From IMG/VR virus record IMGVR_UViG_3300029288_001928, positions 69,444 to 133,443 of that record: a stretch of DNA of 64,000 nucleotides; one strand, given 5' to 3'. Source of the stretch: a virus. Its lineage: Duplodnaviria; Caudoviricetes. Position numbers and translations under genes: made by a program. Under the pieces are notes generated by a model. The model saw only the letters and a list, made by a program, of their open reading frames with translations. It was not told where the DNA came from and did no database searches. This document shows positions 7,972-18,068 of this stretch, one piece after another. The first letter of the stretch is position 1; every line of letters begins with the position of its first letter.

Positions 7972-8898
7972 ATGTTAAACCTTGGTTATTGTTGTATAAA
8001 TCAGACTTTACGGAATAAAAAGATTCCTGTATATGGGTCTAGGTCTTTAAATAGAAAAAATTTTACACTCATGAAGGCTAGTCAACTGGCATTACAGAAT
8101 GTTAAAGACATTTTAACTATTTTACATTGGAATGAGTCTAATAACATTCGCGTTTTTCGTATTGGATCTGAACCATTACCTAGATCAAATGATCCATTGG
8201 TAGGATATTCTATTGACCAATTGCCGGATAGTGTAGAGATTATAAAAATATTAAAATCTATTGGAAAATTTGCATACGATCATAAACATTTACTTTCTTT
8301 TCATCCTGGCCAATTCGTATGTATTGGTTCTTCTAACGAGTCGGTTAGACAAATGGGTATACTGGCATTAGAGAGAGAAAATGAAGTAGCAGACATAATA
8401 TGTTCAGAGTATAAGTCTCATTTACCTATCAATATACATGTTGGCAGTTCATATGGTTTAGATTTTTTAAACACATCTAATAGATTTATTAATTCTTTCA
8501 ATTCATTATCACCAACTTTAAAGTATCGCTTGACAGTTGAGAATGACGACAAAGTTAATGGTTGGTCTGTGCATAACTTATTTTACTATCTAAGTTTACG
8601 TATTGATATTCCTATTGTATTTGATGTTCATCATTGGAAGTTTTGTAATGATTATAAGTCTATTGATGACAATAAGATGTATAATGACTTTTTATTAGCA
8701 TATTCTACATGGCATACAAATATGCAAGTGCATTATAGTGAATCTTCAAATATCAATAAGTTAATACCAAAACATTCAGAGTATTGTACATCATTAATGC
8801 CAAAGTGGTTAAATGAGTTTAACGATATTCATATTCATATTGAGGCTAAACAGAAAGAATTGGCTGTTTTACAATATAAAAAACTAATTGACTTTTGA
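7972..8898 (+). CDS. uvsE: UV damage endonuclease UvsE/UvdE
   Basis: LGYCC, SFHPGQF, NIHVG, RLTVENDD, VFDVHH, VHYSES and EAKQKE motifs. Confidence 0.93.
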   Translation: MLNLGYCCINQTLRNKKIPVYGSRSLNRKNFTLMKASQLALQNVKDILTILHWNESNNIRVFRIGSEPLPRSNDPLVGYSIDQLPDSVEIIKILKSIGKFAYDHKHLLSFHPGQFVCIGSSNESVRQMGILALERENEVADIICSEYKSHLPINIHVGSSYGLDFLNTSNRFINSFNSLSPTLKYRLTVENDDKVNGWSVHNLFYYLSLRIDIPIVFDVHHWKFCNDYKSIDDNKMYNDFLLAYSTWHTNMQVHYSESSNINKLIPKHSEYCTSLMPKWLNEFNDIHIHIEAKQKELAVLQYKKLIDF

Positions 8899-8959
8899 TT
8901 TTTAGAAGATATAATATTAAAACATTTGCTGGCATAAGCCAGATGAAAGGGGGCCTATC

Positions 8960-10672
8960 ATGGCTAACAAGTCTATTTTCAAGTCGAACAAGACTCGTAA
9001 TTCAGTAGTTGTAGAGGCAGCGGATTGTGTAAACAATGCTGGTGGTGTTGCTTACAAGCAAACTGACAAGCATGCTCTTGCACAATACTGTCTAACAGGT
9101 ACTATTTCAAATACTTTCTATTCAAATGCTGAAGCACAATTGGATGAAATTTTAAAATTATCCAAGAAAGTACCAACAGAGTTTATTGCTAAATTAGCAG
9201 TTTATGCCCGTGAACATGGGTATATGAAGGATACTCCTGCTGTCCTTTGTGCAATTCTTGCAGTACGTGATGTAGAATTGTTAAAGAAAGTGTTTCCTCT
9301 TGTAATGGATAACGGTAAGATGGTACGCAACTTTGTTCAGATAATCCGTTCTGGCAAGGTTGGTCGTAAGTCTTTTGGTTCTTCATTGAAGAAAATGATT
9401 CAGAAGTGGATCACATCTCGTCATGAAAATCAATTATTCCGTGATAGTGTTGGCAATGATCCATCATTGTGTGACGTTATAAAGATGGTACGTCCTCGTC
9501 CAGCAGACAAGGTTCGTGAAAATCTTTACGCTTATATTACTGGACACCTATCATTTAGTATGAAGAACGATAAGTTAACCATTGCAAAGACTATTCCTTG
9601 TAAGGGTGAAGTAAAGACCGTAAAGGTTTCATCTAAGGATATTCCAAAGATAATTTGTGAATATGAGACATATAAGCTAACAAAGAATGGGGAAGTACCA
9701 GATGTTCCATTCCAAATGCTAACTGCATTGGATCTTGGAAAGAAAGAATGGACTTCTATTGCAGATAACGCAAAATGGACTATGACCCGAATGAATCTAA
9801 ACACATTCAATCGTCATGGTGTATTTGAAGATCGAAAGATGATTGCGAAGATAGCGTCTCGCCTATCTTCTAAGGAAGAAATTCAAAAGGCAAAAATCTT
9901 TCCATATCAGTTATTTGCGGCATATATGAATACCGAAGATGTTCCACATGAAATAAAGGAAGCATTACAGGATGCAATGGAAATTGCTATTGATAATATT
10001 CCTTCTATTGACTGTCAGGTTTATATTGCTTGTGATACCAGTGGTAGCATGAGTAGTAACATTACTGGAAATCGCGGAAGTGCATCATCTAAGATTCGTT
10101 GTATTGATGTTGCTGCACTAATCAGTTCAGCAATATTGAGAAAGAATCCAAGTGCAAAGATATTACCATTCGATACAACCGTTCATAAGTGTAACTTTAA
10201 TCCAAGAGATAGTGTAATGACAAATGCACGTACTCTTGCTAAGTTTGGTGGTGGAGGAACATCATGTGCAGCACCTATTGCTACTCTAAATGCATCAAAT
10301 GCTAAGGGTGATCTAGTTATAATGATTTCTGACAACGAATCATGGGCATCTTTCAACAAACAGAATTATTATGGTGATTCGGGAACAGAAATGTCTAGTG
10401 CATGGAAGCAATTTAAACTTCGCAATCCAAATGCTAAGTTGATTTGTTTAGATCTTGTTCCAAATAACCATTCACAAGCGAAGAATTCAGAAGATGTCTT
10501 GAATATTGGTGGATTCTCTGATATTATATTTGATATATTTGCTTCCTTCATTAAGGGAGACCTATTTAATGAAGCATTTACAGCAGTCATCGAATCTGTA
10601 TCTTTAGACTCCAAAAATGTTAGAAAGGCATTATCATCTGAAAAGATTGAAGTGGAAAAAGCAAAGAAGTGA
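8960..10672 (+). CDS. rsr: Ro60/Rsr RNA-binding protein (TROVE plus vWA domains)
   Basis: NNAGG.AY, LAQY...TFY, MKDTPA, TRMNLNTF.RHG, FPYQL; MIDAS motif DTSGSM, GGGT, SDNESW. Confidence 0.93.
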   Translation: MANKSIFKSNKTRNSVVVEAADCVNNAGGVAYKQTDKHALAQYCLTGTISNTFYSNAEAQLDEILKLSKKVPTEFIAKLAVYAREHGYMKDTPAVLCAILAVRDVELLKKVFPLVMDNGKMVRNFVQIIRSGKVGRKSFGSSLKKMIQKWITSRHENQLFRDSVGNDPSLCDVIKMVRPRPADKVRENLYAYITGHLSFSMKNDKLTIAKTIPCKGEVKTVKVSSKDIPKIICEYETYKLTKNGEVPDVPFQMLTALDLGKKEWTSIADNAKWTMTRMNLNTFNRHGVFEDRKMIAKIASRLSSKEEIQKAKIFPYQLFAAYMNTEDVPHEIKEALQDAMEIAIDNIPSIDCQVYIACDTSGSMSSNITGNRGSASSKIRCIDVAALISSAILRKNPSAKILPFDTTVHKCNFNPRDSVMTNARTLAKFGGGGTSCAAPIATLNASNAKGDLVIMISDNESWASFNKQNYYGDSGTEMSSAWKQFKLRNPNAKLICLDLVPNNHSQAKNSEDVLNIGGFSDIIFDIFASFIKGDLFNEAFTAVIESVSLDSKNVRKALSSEKIEVEKAKK

Positions 10673-10680
10673 TGATAAAT

Positions 10681-10717
10681 ATACTCTCCATAATATAATG
10701 TTATGGAGAGTATTTTT
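10681..10717 (+). terminator. Hairpin with U-tract after rsr
   Basis: ATACTCTCCATAA/TTATGGAGAGTAT inverted repeat followed by TTTT. Confidence 0.65.
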
Positions 10718-10727
10718 AAGGGATAAA

Positions 10728-11381
10728 ATGGATTTTAAATCTTATATTAGTAAACTACCAGAAATAAAATTGACAATTGCATTGGACATGGATGGTGTTC
10801 TTTGTGATTTTGCTGGAGCATTTCAAAAAATAGCAAAAACAAAATTAATGCCAAATGAATATGAAGACAAATATGGATCTGATGAATTTTGGGATATTGT
10901 TACAAAAGGAGAAAAAGAATTTTGGTCTAATATGGACTGGATGCCTGACGGTAAAGTGTTATGGAATTATGTTAAAAGATATAATCCAATAATAATTTCA
11001 GCACCATCAAAAATAAATGCTGAAAATTGTGTTGGTGGAAAAGTTCAATGGTTAAAAAAGAATATTCCACAACTAGATCCTTTAAACTATTCTTTAAGTT
11101 TTAAAGATACCAATGTAAGAGTCTATTTTAGTTCCGATAAATATCAATTTATAATGCAAAATAAAGATTTAAAATATTTGCGTGGCGAATATAAGACCAG
11201 ATTGCGTAGAAAAGAGAATGTTGATGATTTATTTAATGCTATATCAAAACTTGAAAGATCATTTATTTTAATTGATGATACTGATAAAAAAATAGATATG
11301 TGGAATAAAGCTGGTGGTGTTGGTATTCTACATACATCAGCAAACGAAACCATCTCTCAATTACAATCATTAGGAATTTAA
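10728..11381 (+). CDS. HAD-family 5'(3')-deoxyribonucleotidase-like phosphatase
   Basis: LDMDGVLCDF (DxD motif), K..W, ILIDD, W..AGG.GILH. Confidence 0.85.
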   Translation: MDFKSYISKLPEIKLTIALDMDGVLCDFAGAFQKIAKTKLMPNEYEDKYGSDEFWDIVTKGEKEFWSNMDWMPDGKVLWNYVKRYNPIIISAPSKINAENCVGGKVQWLKKNIPQLDPLNYSLSFKDTNVRVYFSSDKYQFIMQNKDLKYLRGEYKTRLRRKENVDDLFNAISKLERSFILIDDTDKKIDMWNKAGGVGILHTSANETISQLQSLGI

Positions 11382-11383
11382 AT

Positions 11384-12031
11384 TTGAATAAAGAAGAAGC
11401 AATAAAGACTTTATATAAGTCCATCGAAACATATACATTAAATCTTCAATATTTGTATTCTTCTGTTTTGGAAAAGAAATTAGAAGATGCAGATTTTAAT
11501 ATATTTAAAGATGATAATCATAAAATATCATCTGAAATATTCCTTTTTATTGTAAAACGTGTATATTTAGGATTATCACAGGAAGAACAGAAAGAATTAA
11601 TTTTATTATCAATGAAGCATTCATCTGATATGAAAGATAGCGCAGAATCAACATTTAATATAATAGATGATTCTGTATTAAATATTATTGATATGTTACA
11701 TAATACTCCATCGGAAGAATATATTTCTGATATGACAACGTTTGTAAATACTTTGGTAAATGGTTTAATAGATAGCGTATATAAAAGAATAGAAAATATA
11801 CCTGATAGATTATTTAAAAAGATAGTTTTAAACTTTTTCAGACCAGATGTAAATGTTATTAATATTATAAGATCCATATTTACGATTGATGTATCAGATG
11901 CAGAATTAGATACATACAATAATATGGAAGAAAGCAAATTACTAGCAGAATTAATTAATGCTTATGCTACAGGAAATATTAAAACCGTTAAAATAATAAG
12001 CAAAATTTTGGATGATAGAAGGAATAAATAA
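11384..12031 (+). CDS. Hypothetical protein
   Basis: 215-aa ORF in operon. Confidence 0.6.
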   Translation: MNKEEAIKTLYKSIETYTLNLQYLYSSVLEKKLEDADFNIFKDDNHKISSEIFLFIVKRVYLGLSQEEQKELILLSMKHSSDMKDSAESTFNIIDDSVLNIIDMLHNTPSEEYISDMTTFVNTLVNGLIDSVYKRIENIPDRLFKKIVLNFFRPDVNVINIIRSIFTIDVSDAELDTYNNMEESKLLAELINAYATGNIKTVKIISKILDDRRNK

Positions 12032-12036
12032 TATAC

Positions 12037-13383
12037 ATGTTGAATTTAAATGATTTAAAACAAAAATTAAATGAAGTATTTGAGACGGATATTCCGTCTT
12101 TACATAAAAAATTAGTCGAAATGGTTAAAAAATGGAATGGTAAAATCTATCTTGTTGGTGGTGCAGTAAGAGACGAAATTATGGGATATGAATCCAAAGA
12201 TATGGATTATGTTGTAACTGGAATTGAAAGAAATAAATTAAAGGAAGAATTATTAAAAACTCTACCAGGATCAAAAGTTAATGAGGCTGGTGCTAATTTT
12301 GGTATAGTGATTGTAAATATTGGTGATGATCAATTTGAATTTGCTTTACCAAGATCCGATATAGATCGTGATACTGTAAAAACAAATCCTAATTTATCAA
12401 TTGAAGAAGATTTATTAAGAAGAGATTTTACAATAAATGCAATTGCAAAAGATCTTGAAACCGGAAAATTAATTACTGCACCCAATTACAATGGAATTGA
12501 TGATATAAAAAATAAAATATTACGAACTGTAGGAGATGCAAATAAAAGATTTAAAGAAGATGGATTACGAATTTTGAGATTAATTCAATTTTCTGCCAGA
12601 TTTGGGTTTAAAATAGACCCATATACATTAAATGCAGTCAAAACAAATATTGATTTGTTATCATCCGTTTCCAAAGAAAGATTTAAAGAGGAATTCAAAA
12701 AAGGATGGGTAAAAGGGTGTCGAGATACAAATACATTTTTTTATTTATTAAAAGAAACTGGAATAGGAAATATGATTTTTGGAAAAGATTTTAATCCAAT
12801 TCCATTAAATATTAAAGAATTTTCAGAAAATGATGCGTTTATTATTCAAAATATTGGCGCTTTTATTAACGGAGGAAATTTTGAAGTTGTTAATATTTCA
12901 AAAAAAGACAAACATCCAATAATTTTATCAATAATATTAAAAGATGTTTTAGAAAATAAATTTGATTTAGAAAAATCAAAACAAATTTATAAAATATTTA
13001 ATGAAAATATTAATTATGTATTAAATGCGTTTAATATAATTGATAAAAAATTATTTAAAGAATTAAAAAAATATTTAAAAACTCCTTGTATGCCTTTTAT
13101 TGGAGACACATATAAATCTTGGATGTTACCAGTTAAAGGCGAAGAAATACTTAAATTTTCTGAAGAAAATGGAATTGTATTAACTGGTAGTTCTATAGGT
13201 AAAATTATAGACGAATTAATTTTATCATATCAAAACAAAAAAATAAAAATAAACAATGATTTATCAAAATCAAAAGAAATAGTAAAAAATTATTTATTAA
13301 CAAATATATTTCAGACTAAAAATATAAAAGATTCTATAAATTTAGAAATTCTTAAAGAAAGAATGAGAAATATTTTAAGATAA
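12037..13383 (+). CDS. cca: tRNA nucleotidyltransferase (class II CCA-adding enzyme family)
   Basis: YLVGGAVRD, KDMD, RRDFTINA, F.ED.LR.LR and SKER motifs. Confidence 0.92.
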   Translation: MLNLNDLKQKLNEVFETDIPSLHKKLVEMVKKWNGKIYLVGGAVRDEIMGYESKDMDYVVTGIERNKLKEELLKTLPGSKVNEAGANFGIVIVNIGDDQFEFALPRSDIDRDTVKTNPNLSIEEDLLRRDFTINAIAKDLETGKLITAPNYNGIDDIKNKILRTVGDANKRFKEDGLRILRLIQFSARFGFKIDPYTLNAVKTNIDLLSSVSKERFKEEFKKGWVKGCRDTNTFFYLLKETGIGNMIFGKDFNPIPLNIKEFSENDAFIIQNIGAFINGGNFEVVNISKKDKHPIILSIILKDVLENKFDLEKSKQIYKIFNENINYVLNAFNIIDKKLFKELKKYLKTPCMPFIGDTYKSWMLPVKGEEILKFSEENGIVLTGSSIGKIIDELILSYQNKKIKINNDLSKSKEIVKNYLLTNIFQTKNIKDSINLEILKERMRNILR

Positions 13384-13409
13384 AAATATTAATTTTATAT
13401 TTGACCGAT

Positions 13410-14300
13410 TTAATTCATATTTAATATATTTTTTATTTGTTCTTTAATGTTTTTAAAATTATTATTGATATCATATTCCCAAAAAAACATAAAATTTATT
13501 TTATTTTCCTCTAAAAATTGTTTTTTTCTATTGTCTCGTATAATATTATTTAATTGCATTTTGTTTAATATTTTATTTTCATATTTTAAAGGATTTGCAT
13601 GATAATAATCCCCAAAACATTCTAATACTAAATTATGGGCTGGGAAATAAAAATCATAAATAAATTTTCCGTGTGGATATTGAAAGAAAAAATCTTTTTC
13701 TAATACAAGATGTAAATCGTTTAATAAATAATTTTTTATTTTAATTTCAATTGAAGTATTTTTTTTATTAATATTCATTAAATGGATATTTTTTATTAAC
13801 ATAGTTATTTGTCTATTTTTTTCTTCTTCTGGTAAATTTTTCCAATATAATTTTTTTCGTACTTTAGCTTTTTCTGATATATTCATTAATATTTCATTAT
13901 CGTCTTTTGTTTTTCCTTTACACCAAGAATCTTTGCCGTACATTGGATTATTAGATCCAGAGAGATTTGGTAAGGTTCCGTCTTTAAACATTTGTATTCT
14001 TATTTTTGATATTTTTTCTGATGAATTTTTTAAAATACTATTATTTTCTTTTGTTTGTCCGTTAGACCATGATTTTTTTCCATACATTCCATTTTTTTCT
14101 CCAGATAATGCAAACCTTTTAGATTTAAATATTTGTTCCTTTGTACATTTTAAATTTAAAAATTTTAATTTCTTTTTTATTGAATTATATCCTCTATTTA
14201 AAATTATGCAAATTTCATTTTTTGTTTTACCCTCTATAACAAATAATTTAATTAATTCTTCCTCTTCTTCTTTAGTCCATTTTTTATATTCTTTTCTCAT
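13410..14300 (-). CDS. Free-standing putative homing endonuclease (NUMOD3-like repeats plus Vsr/DUF559-like nuclease)
   Basis: Repeated G..N.MYGK.SW; C-terminal TSIE...YDFY...ECFGDYYH...D..K...FWE.DI; antisense to its neighbours. Confidence 0.75.
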   Translation of the reverse strand: MRKEYKKWTKEEEEELIKLFVIEGKTKNEICIILNRGYNSIKKKLKFLNLKCTKEQIFKSKRFALSGEKNGMYGKKSWSNGQTKENNSILKNSSEKISKIRIQMFKDGTLPNLSGSNNPMYGKDSWCKGKTKDDNEILMNISEKAKVRKKLYWKNLPEEEKNRQITMLIKNIHLMNINKKNTSIEIKIKNYLLNDLHLVLEKDFFFQYPHGKFIYDFYFPAHNLVLECFGDYYHANPLKYENKILNKMQLNNIIRDNRKKQFLEENKINFMFFWEYDINNNFKNIKEQIKNILNMN

Positions 14301-14422
14301 TAATTGCTCCTTATTGTTCTTAGTATTCTATATGGTACTTTTATTTATATACAAAATTAATTTTTTATTAAAATATGTTAATATATAAGTTATAAATAAT
14401 ATTAGTTATTATGGAGATAAAT

Positions 14423-15577
14423 ATGTCAAATTTTCAAGATCGCATCAGAAAATTCATGCGTGGAGACTATGAAAAGTTTGAACAGGTCGAAACGGAAGAA
14501 AAATTAAAGAATGTAAGTGCTTGTATTAAAGCATTTAAGACAAAATTATCAGATGCTATTGATGCAATGAAAGTTGCTAAAGAAAATGCTATTGTTCCGT
14601 TAACAGAAAGTCTTGAAAAGTTTAATTCTATTATAAATGATGTTAAAAAGACAAAGAAAATAGAAGTAATTTCAGAAACAATTAATAAAATTAATGTAAT
14701 GCTGCAAGTTGAATGTGATAAAGACCAAATTGCCGAAATAAATAGAACTTTAAATATTATTAAAGAAAATTTTGATCTTGCTCTAAAAGAGGCTGGATTA
14801 GATGATACGGTTTTAAATCCTGTAAAGAAAATTAGAATATCATATGAAACCTGGACAGACAAAGATGTAGAATCAGGCGACACCGATGATAAAGGGTGGG
14901 AAAATGAAGAAGGTGTTGATATTAAAGATGTTGATGATGCTATACAGTTTTTAAAATCAGAAGGTGTTGTACATTCATCAAGTTCACAATTCCATCCTGG
15001 CGTTTGGTATAGTTCAGAAACTGATATGCAGACTCATGAACGTACTATAAGAAGTTTCCATTTAGATGGATTTACCGACGAAGAACAAAAACAGATTTAT
15101 GATAGTATTAATAAAATGAGTGAAGACGTTGATACATCTGCAATAGATCCTGCATCTGTTGATTTAAAAGCATCTATTCCTACAGAAGAAGATCCACTAG
15201 CAGTAGTAGAAGAATCTAATCATGACGCTATTCCTGGTGTAGAATTGGGTGATGTTGGTAAAGAATTAAATGCAACAGAAGATAAAGAAAAACTACCAAC
15301 CCCAGAAGATCCAGTAAGCCAACACGAAAAAGATGTAAAACTTAGTGCATATGAAGAAGGATTTAATAAAGCTAAAGTCTTGTGGGAAAAGGGAATTTCT
15401 TCTAAGAAAATAGCACAGCAATTAGCAGAGACAGAATTATCAAATAGACCATATAATTATGTTATGAGATTCCAAGAAGGATTTTTAGCAGGATGTACAT
15501 TCCAAGAGGAATATATGCGCGACACAAATCCTACATTATTTGAAGAAGATGATATAGTTGATACCGAAGAAAAATAA
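14423..15577 (+). CDS. Hypothetical acidic late protein
   Basis: TATAAATA at 14391-14398, SD GGAG; coiled-coil N-terminal half, acidic C-terminal half. Confidence 0.7.
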   Translation: MSNFQDRIRKFMRGDYEKFEQVETEEKLKNVSACIKAFKTKLSDAIDAMKVAKENAIVPLTESLEKFNSIINDVKKTKKIEVISETINKINVMLQVECDKDQIAEINRTLNIIKENFDLALKEAGLDDTVLNPVKKIRISYETWTDKDVESGDTDDKGWENEEGVDIKDVDDAIQFLKSEGVVHSSSSQFHPGVWYSSETDMQTHERTIRSFHLDGFTDEEQKQIYDSINKMSEDVDTSAIDPASVDLKASIPTEEDPLAVVEESNHDAIPGVELGDVGKELNATEDKEKLPTPEDPVSQHEKDVKLSAYEEGFNKAKVLWEKGISSKKIAQQLAETELSNRPYNYVMRFQEGFLAGCTFQEEYMRDTNPTLFEEDDIVDTEEK

Positions 15578-15608
15578 TTTGACTTTCAAAAACAACCAAT
15601 TATAATAT

Positions 15609-15645
15609 TAACTATAAAGTCATGCCGACTTTATAGTTATTTTTT
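15609..15645 (+). terminator. Intrinsic terminator overlapping the infC promoter start region
   Basis: TAACTATAAAGTC/GACTTTATAGTTA 13-bp stem plus T6. Confidence 0.75.
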
Positions 15646-15664
15646 ACCCATTTAGGAGAAATGA

Positions 15665-16192
15665 ATTTTGGCCATCAATAAGTATTTTAATGATCGTCCT
15701 GTAAAGAAAAAGGACACAAATCCTATTAATAATGCAATTAAAGCATCACAAGTTCGATTAATAGATGAAACAGGTAATAATGTAGGTATCGTATCTACAA
15801 AAGATGCGTTAAATAGAGCAAGAAACTGCGAATTAGACCTAGTTGAAGTATCTCCAGGAAATCCACCTGTTTGTAAGATAATGAATTATGGTAAATATCT
15901 ATATGAGCAAGCAAAAAGCAAAAAGAATGCATCTAAAGCAGCAAAACATGATGATAAAGAAATCCAATTAAGACCAAGTATTGGATTTCATGATCTTGAA
16001 ATAAAAGCAAGAAAAGCAAAAGAATTCCTTGAAGATGGTCGCAAAGTAAATATTGTATTTAAATTCCAAGGAAGAGAAAATCAACATAAAGATATTGCTG
16101 TTGATGTAATGAATAAGTTTTATGATATTATTAAAGATGTCGCTAAATTAGAAAGACGTGGAGATAATTTCATACTTCTTCCGAATATTTGA
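15665..16192 (+). CDS. infC: Translation initiation factor IF-3 (start ATT 15665 or TTG 15668)
   Basis: IN..I...VRLID..G, A....LDLVEVSP..PPVCKIMNYGKY.YE, KEIQLRP.I..HD and GRE motifs. Confidence 0.95.
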   Translation: MLAINKYFNDRPVKKKDTNPINNAIKASQVRLIDETGNNVGIVSTKDALNRARNCELDLVEVSPGNPPVCKIMNYGKYLYEQAKSKKNASKAAKHDDKEIQLRPSIGFHDLEIKARKAKEFLEDGRKVNIVFKFQGRENQHKDIAVDVMNKFYDIIKDVAKLERRGDNFILLPNI

Positions 16193-16217
16193 ATTAATAT
16201 TTAGAATTGTTTTAAAG

Positions 16218-16247
16218 AAATCCTCCTGATAAACAGGGGGATTTTTT
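16218..16247 (+). terminator. Intrinsic terminator after infC
   Basis: AAATCCTCCTG/CAGGGGGATTT stem plus T-tract. Confidence 0.8.
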
Positions 16248-16273
16248 GTATAAATATGTTTGAGGTATAAGAT

Positions 16274-17209
16274 ATGGAAAATGGATTTAGAAACAATTTA
16301 CAAAAGATTTTTGAATCTTTTAGCCTTAGAAATGGTTATGGTACAAAACAAATGCCTGTTATAGGTGCAGATTACAAAGAAGAACCTATTAAAGATGTTT
16401 ATAAAAATGAAGATGAACAAAATACAGAAAAGGTTTTAAATATTTTAAACGATTTATTAGTTAAAGTCCAAGGAAATATAGAAGCACAAAATCTTATAAG
16501 TCAAGCAAAAAATATATTAACTGGTAATGTTTCGCCAGTAGTAGGACAACCACAAGAACCAGAAAATCCAGAAGAAATTAATGAACAAGCATGTCCAAAC
16601 CAATTGCCAATAGAACAACCTACTATACCCATATCAGTTGATAATGAACCACAAGAATATAATGAAAGAAACGATACGCAATCTGAAATTGCAAGTTTAT
16701 TAGTAACTATTGGTCATATTTTACATTCTGATAGATTAATTCCAAATAAATTTGATATTCCTTTTATTTTAAAATATTTAAACCAGACATTTGCAAATCA
16801 ATCTCCTGAAAATATACAATCATTATATGAATCTTTGCAAGAAGGAAAATTTGGTAAAGCATTGTCTGGATTGGGAATTGCTGCCGCATCATTGGCATCT
16901 TCTCAATCAGCACCAGCCGCAGAAAAACATATGCCAACAACTGAACCAATTAGACAAGAAACTGTTGTAGATGCGAATTTAGACACACAAACATCAATTC
17001 AAATTAGAGTTGGTGCTAATAAATTAAGCAAAACATTAGTACAAGGTTCTAGAGAACAATCAATGCTAGCAAATAGATTATCTGTATTGGGGGCTGGTGT
17101 GGCTTCTAAAAAAATATCAGTAGAAGATGCAACAAATAATATTTTAAAAGCAGTTCCATCTCTAGAATCACAAAGAAATAATATTATAAAATACTTTAGA
17201 TCTATTTGA
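16274..17209 (+). CDS. Hypothetical late protein, possible virion protein
   Basis: TATAAATA at 16249-16256; LQEG followed by an Ala-rich hydrophobic stretch. Confidence 0.65.
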   Translation: MENGFRNNLQKIFESFSLRNGYGTKQMPVIGADYKEEPIKDVYKNEDEQNTEKVLNILNDLLVKVQGNIEAQNLISQAKNILTGNVSPVVGQPQEPENPEEINEQACPNQLPIEQPTIPISVDNEPQEYNERNDTQSEIASLLVTIGHILHSDRLIPNKFDIPFILKYLNQTFANQSPENIQSLYESLQEGKFGKALSGLGIAAASLASSQSAPAAEKHMPTTEPIRQETVVDANLDTQTSIQIRVGANKLSKTLVQGSREQSMLANRLSVLGAGVASKKISVEDATNNILKAVPSLESQRNNIIKYFRSI

Positions 17210-17258
17210 AATTGATAGGATCTGTGATATAATAGTGTACTTTAATAAGAGGTACACT

Positions 17259-18068
17259 ATGCGAGGAATCATATTATCTGGTGGAAAAGGTACTAGAATT
17301 GCCCCTTTTACACTATCAACAAATAAACATTTAGCACCAATTTACACTTATCATCAAGGTGCAGTACCTTGTATATATTACCCAATAAATACGCTTGTAA
17401 ATAGTGGTATTCATGATATTTTAATTATTACATCTACAGAACATTCAGGTCATATAATTGAAACATTAAAAGATGGAGAAAAGTTTAATGCGGATTTCAC
17501 ATATAAGATTCAAGTAACAGACAATCCAACAAAACCTCTTGGAATTGCTTCTGCTTTAAAATTAGCACAAAATTATACAAATGATGATAAGTTTGCAGTT
17601 ATCCTTGGAGATAACTTTTTTGAAGACAATTTTACTGCCCCAATAAACGATTTTAAAAATCGTACAGATATATCTGCATCTGTATTCATCAAACAAGTAC
17701 CAGATCCAGAAAGATTTGGCGTAGCGACTATAAATGGTTTATATGAACATAACGAATTCATAACGGCATCTGTTAAAGACATTATAGAGAAACCAAAAGA
17801 ACCAAAATCAAATTATGCAGTAACAGGATTATATCTTTATACTCCTGATGTTTATAATCAATTACCTAATTTAATAGTAAGTAATAGAAATGAATTAGAA
17901 ATATCTCATATAAATGATTTTTATGCTAAAAACAATCAATTAATATGTTATTTATTAAATGGTTATTGGTCAGATATGGGATTATCAGAAAGTATGATTA
18001 AAACTACAGAATTTATAAATAGTAGAAAATATAAATATAATTTTGAGAAAAATAATGCCATATTATAA
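17259..18068 (+). CDS. Sugar-1-phosphate nucleotidyltransferase (RmlA/SpsI-like)
   Basis: GIILSGGKGTR, NKHL.P, LGDN, DPERFGVA, IEKP, VTGLYLY, R.ELEI, WSDMG. Confidence 0.9.
   Translation: MRGIILSGGKGTRIAPFTLSTNKHLAPIYTYHQGAVPCIYYPINTLVNSGIHDILIITSTEHSGHIIETLKDGEKFNADFTYKIQVTDNPTKPLGIASALKLAQNYTNDDKFAVILGDNFFEDNFTAPINDFKNRTDISASVFIKQVPDPERFGVATINGLYEHNEFITASVKDIIEKPKEPKSNYAVTGLYLYTPDVYNQLPNLIVSNRNELEISHINDFYAKNNQLICYLLNGYWSDMGLSESMIKTTEFINSRKYKYNFEKNNAIL

Noticed and set aside
9189-10614. Antisense and alternative-frame ORFs inside rsr (and similar ones inside other long genes)
   Set aside because: Shadow ORFs of well-supported genes, with no SD or motifs
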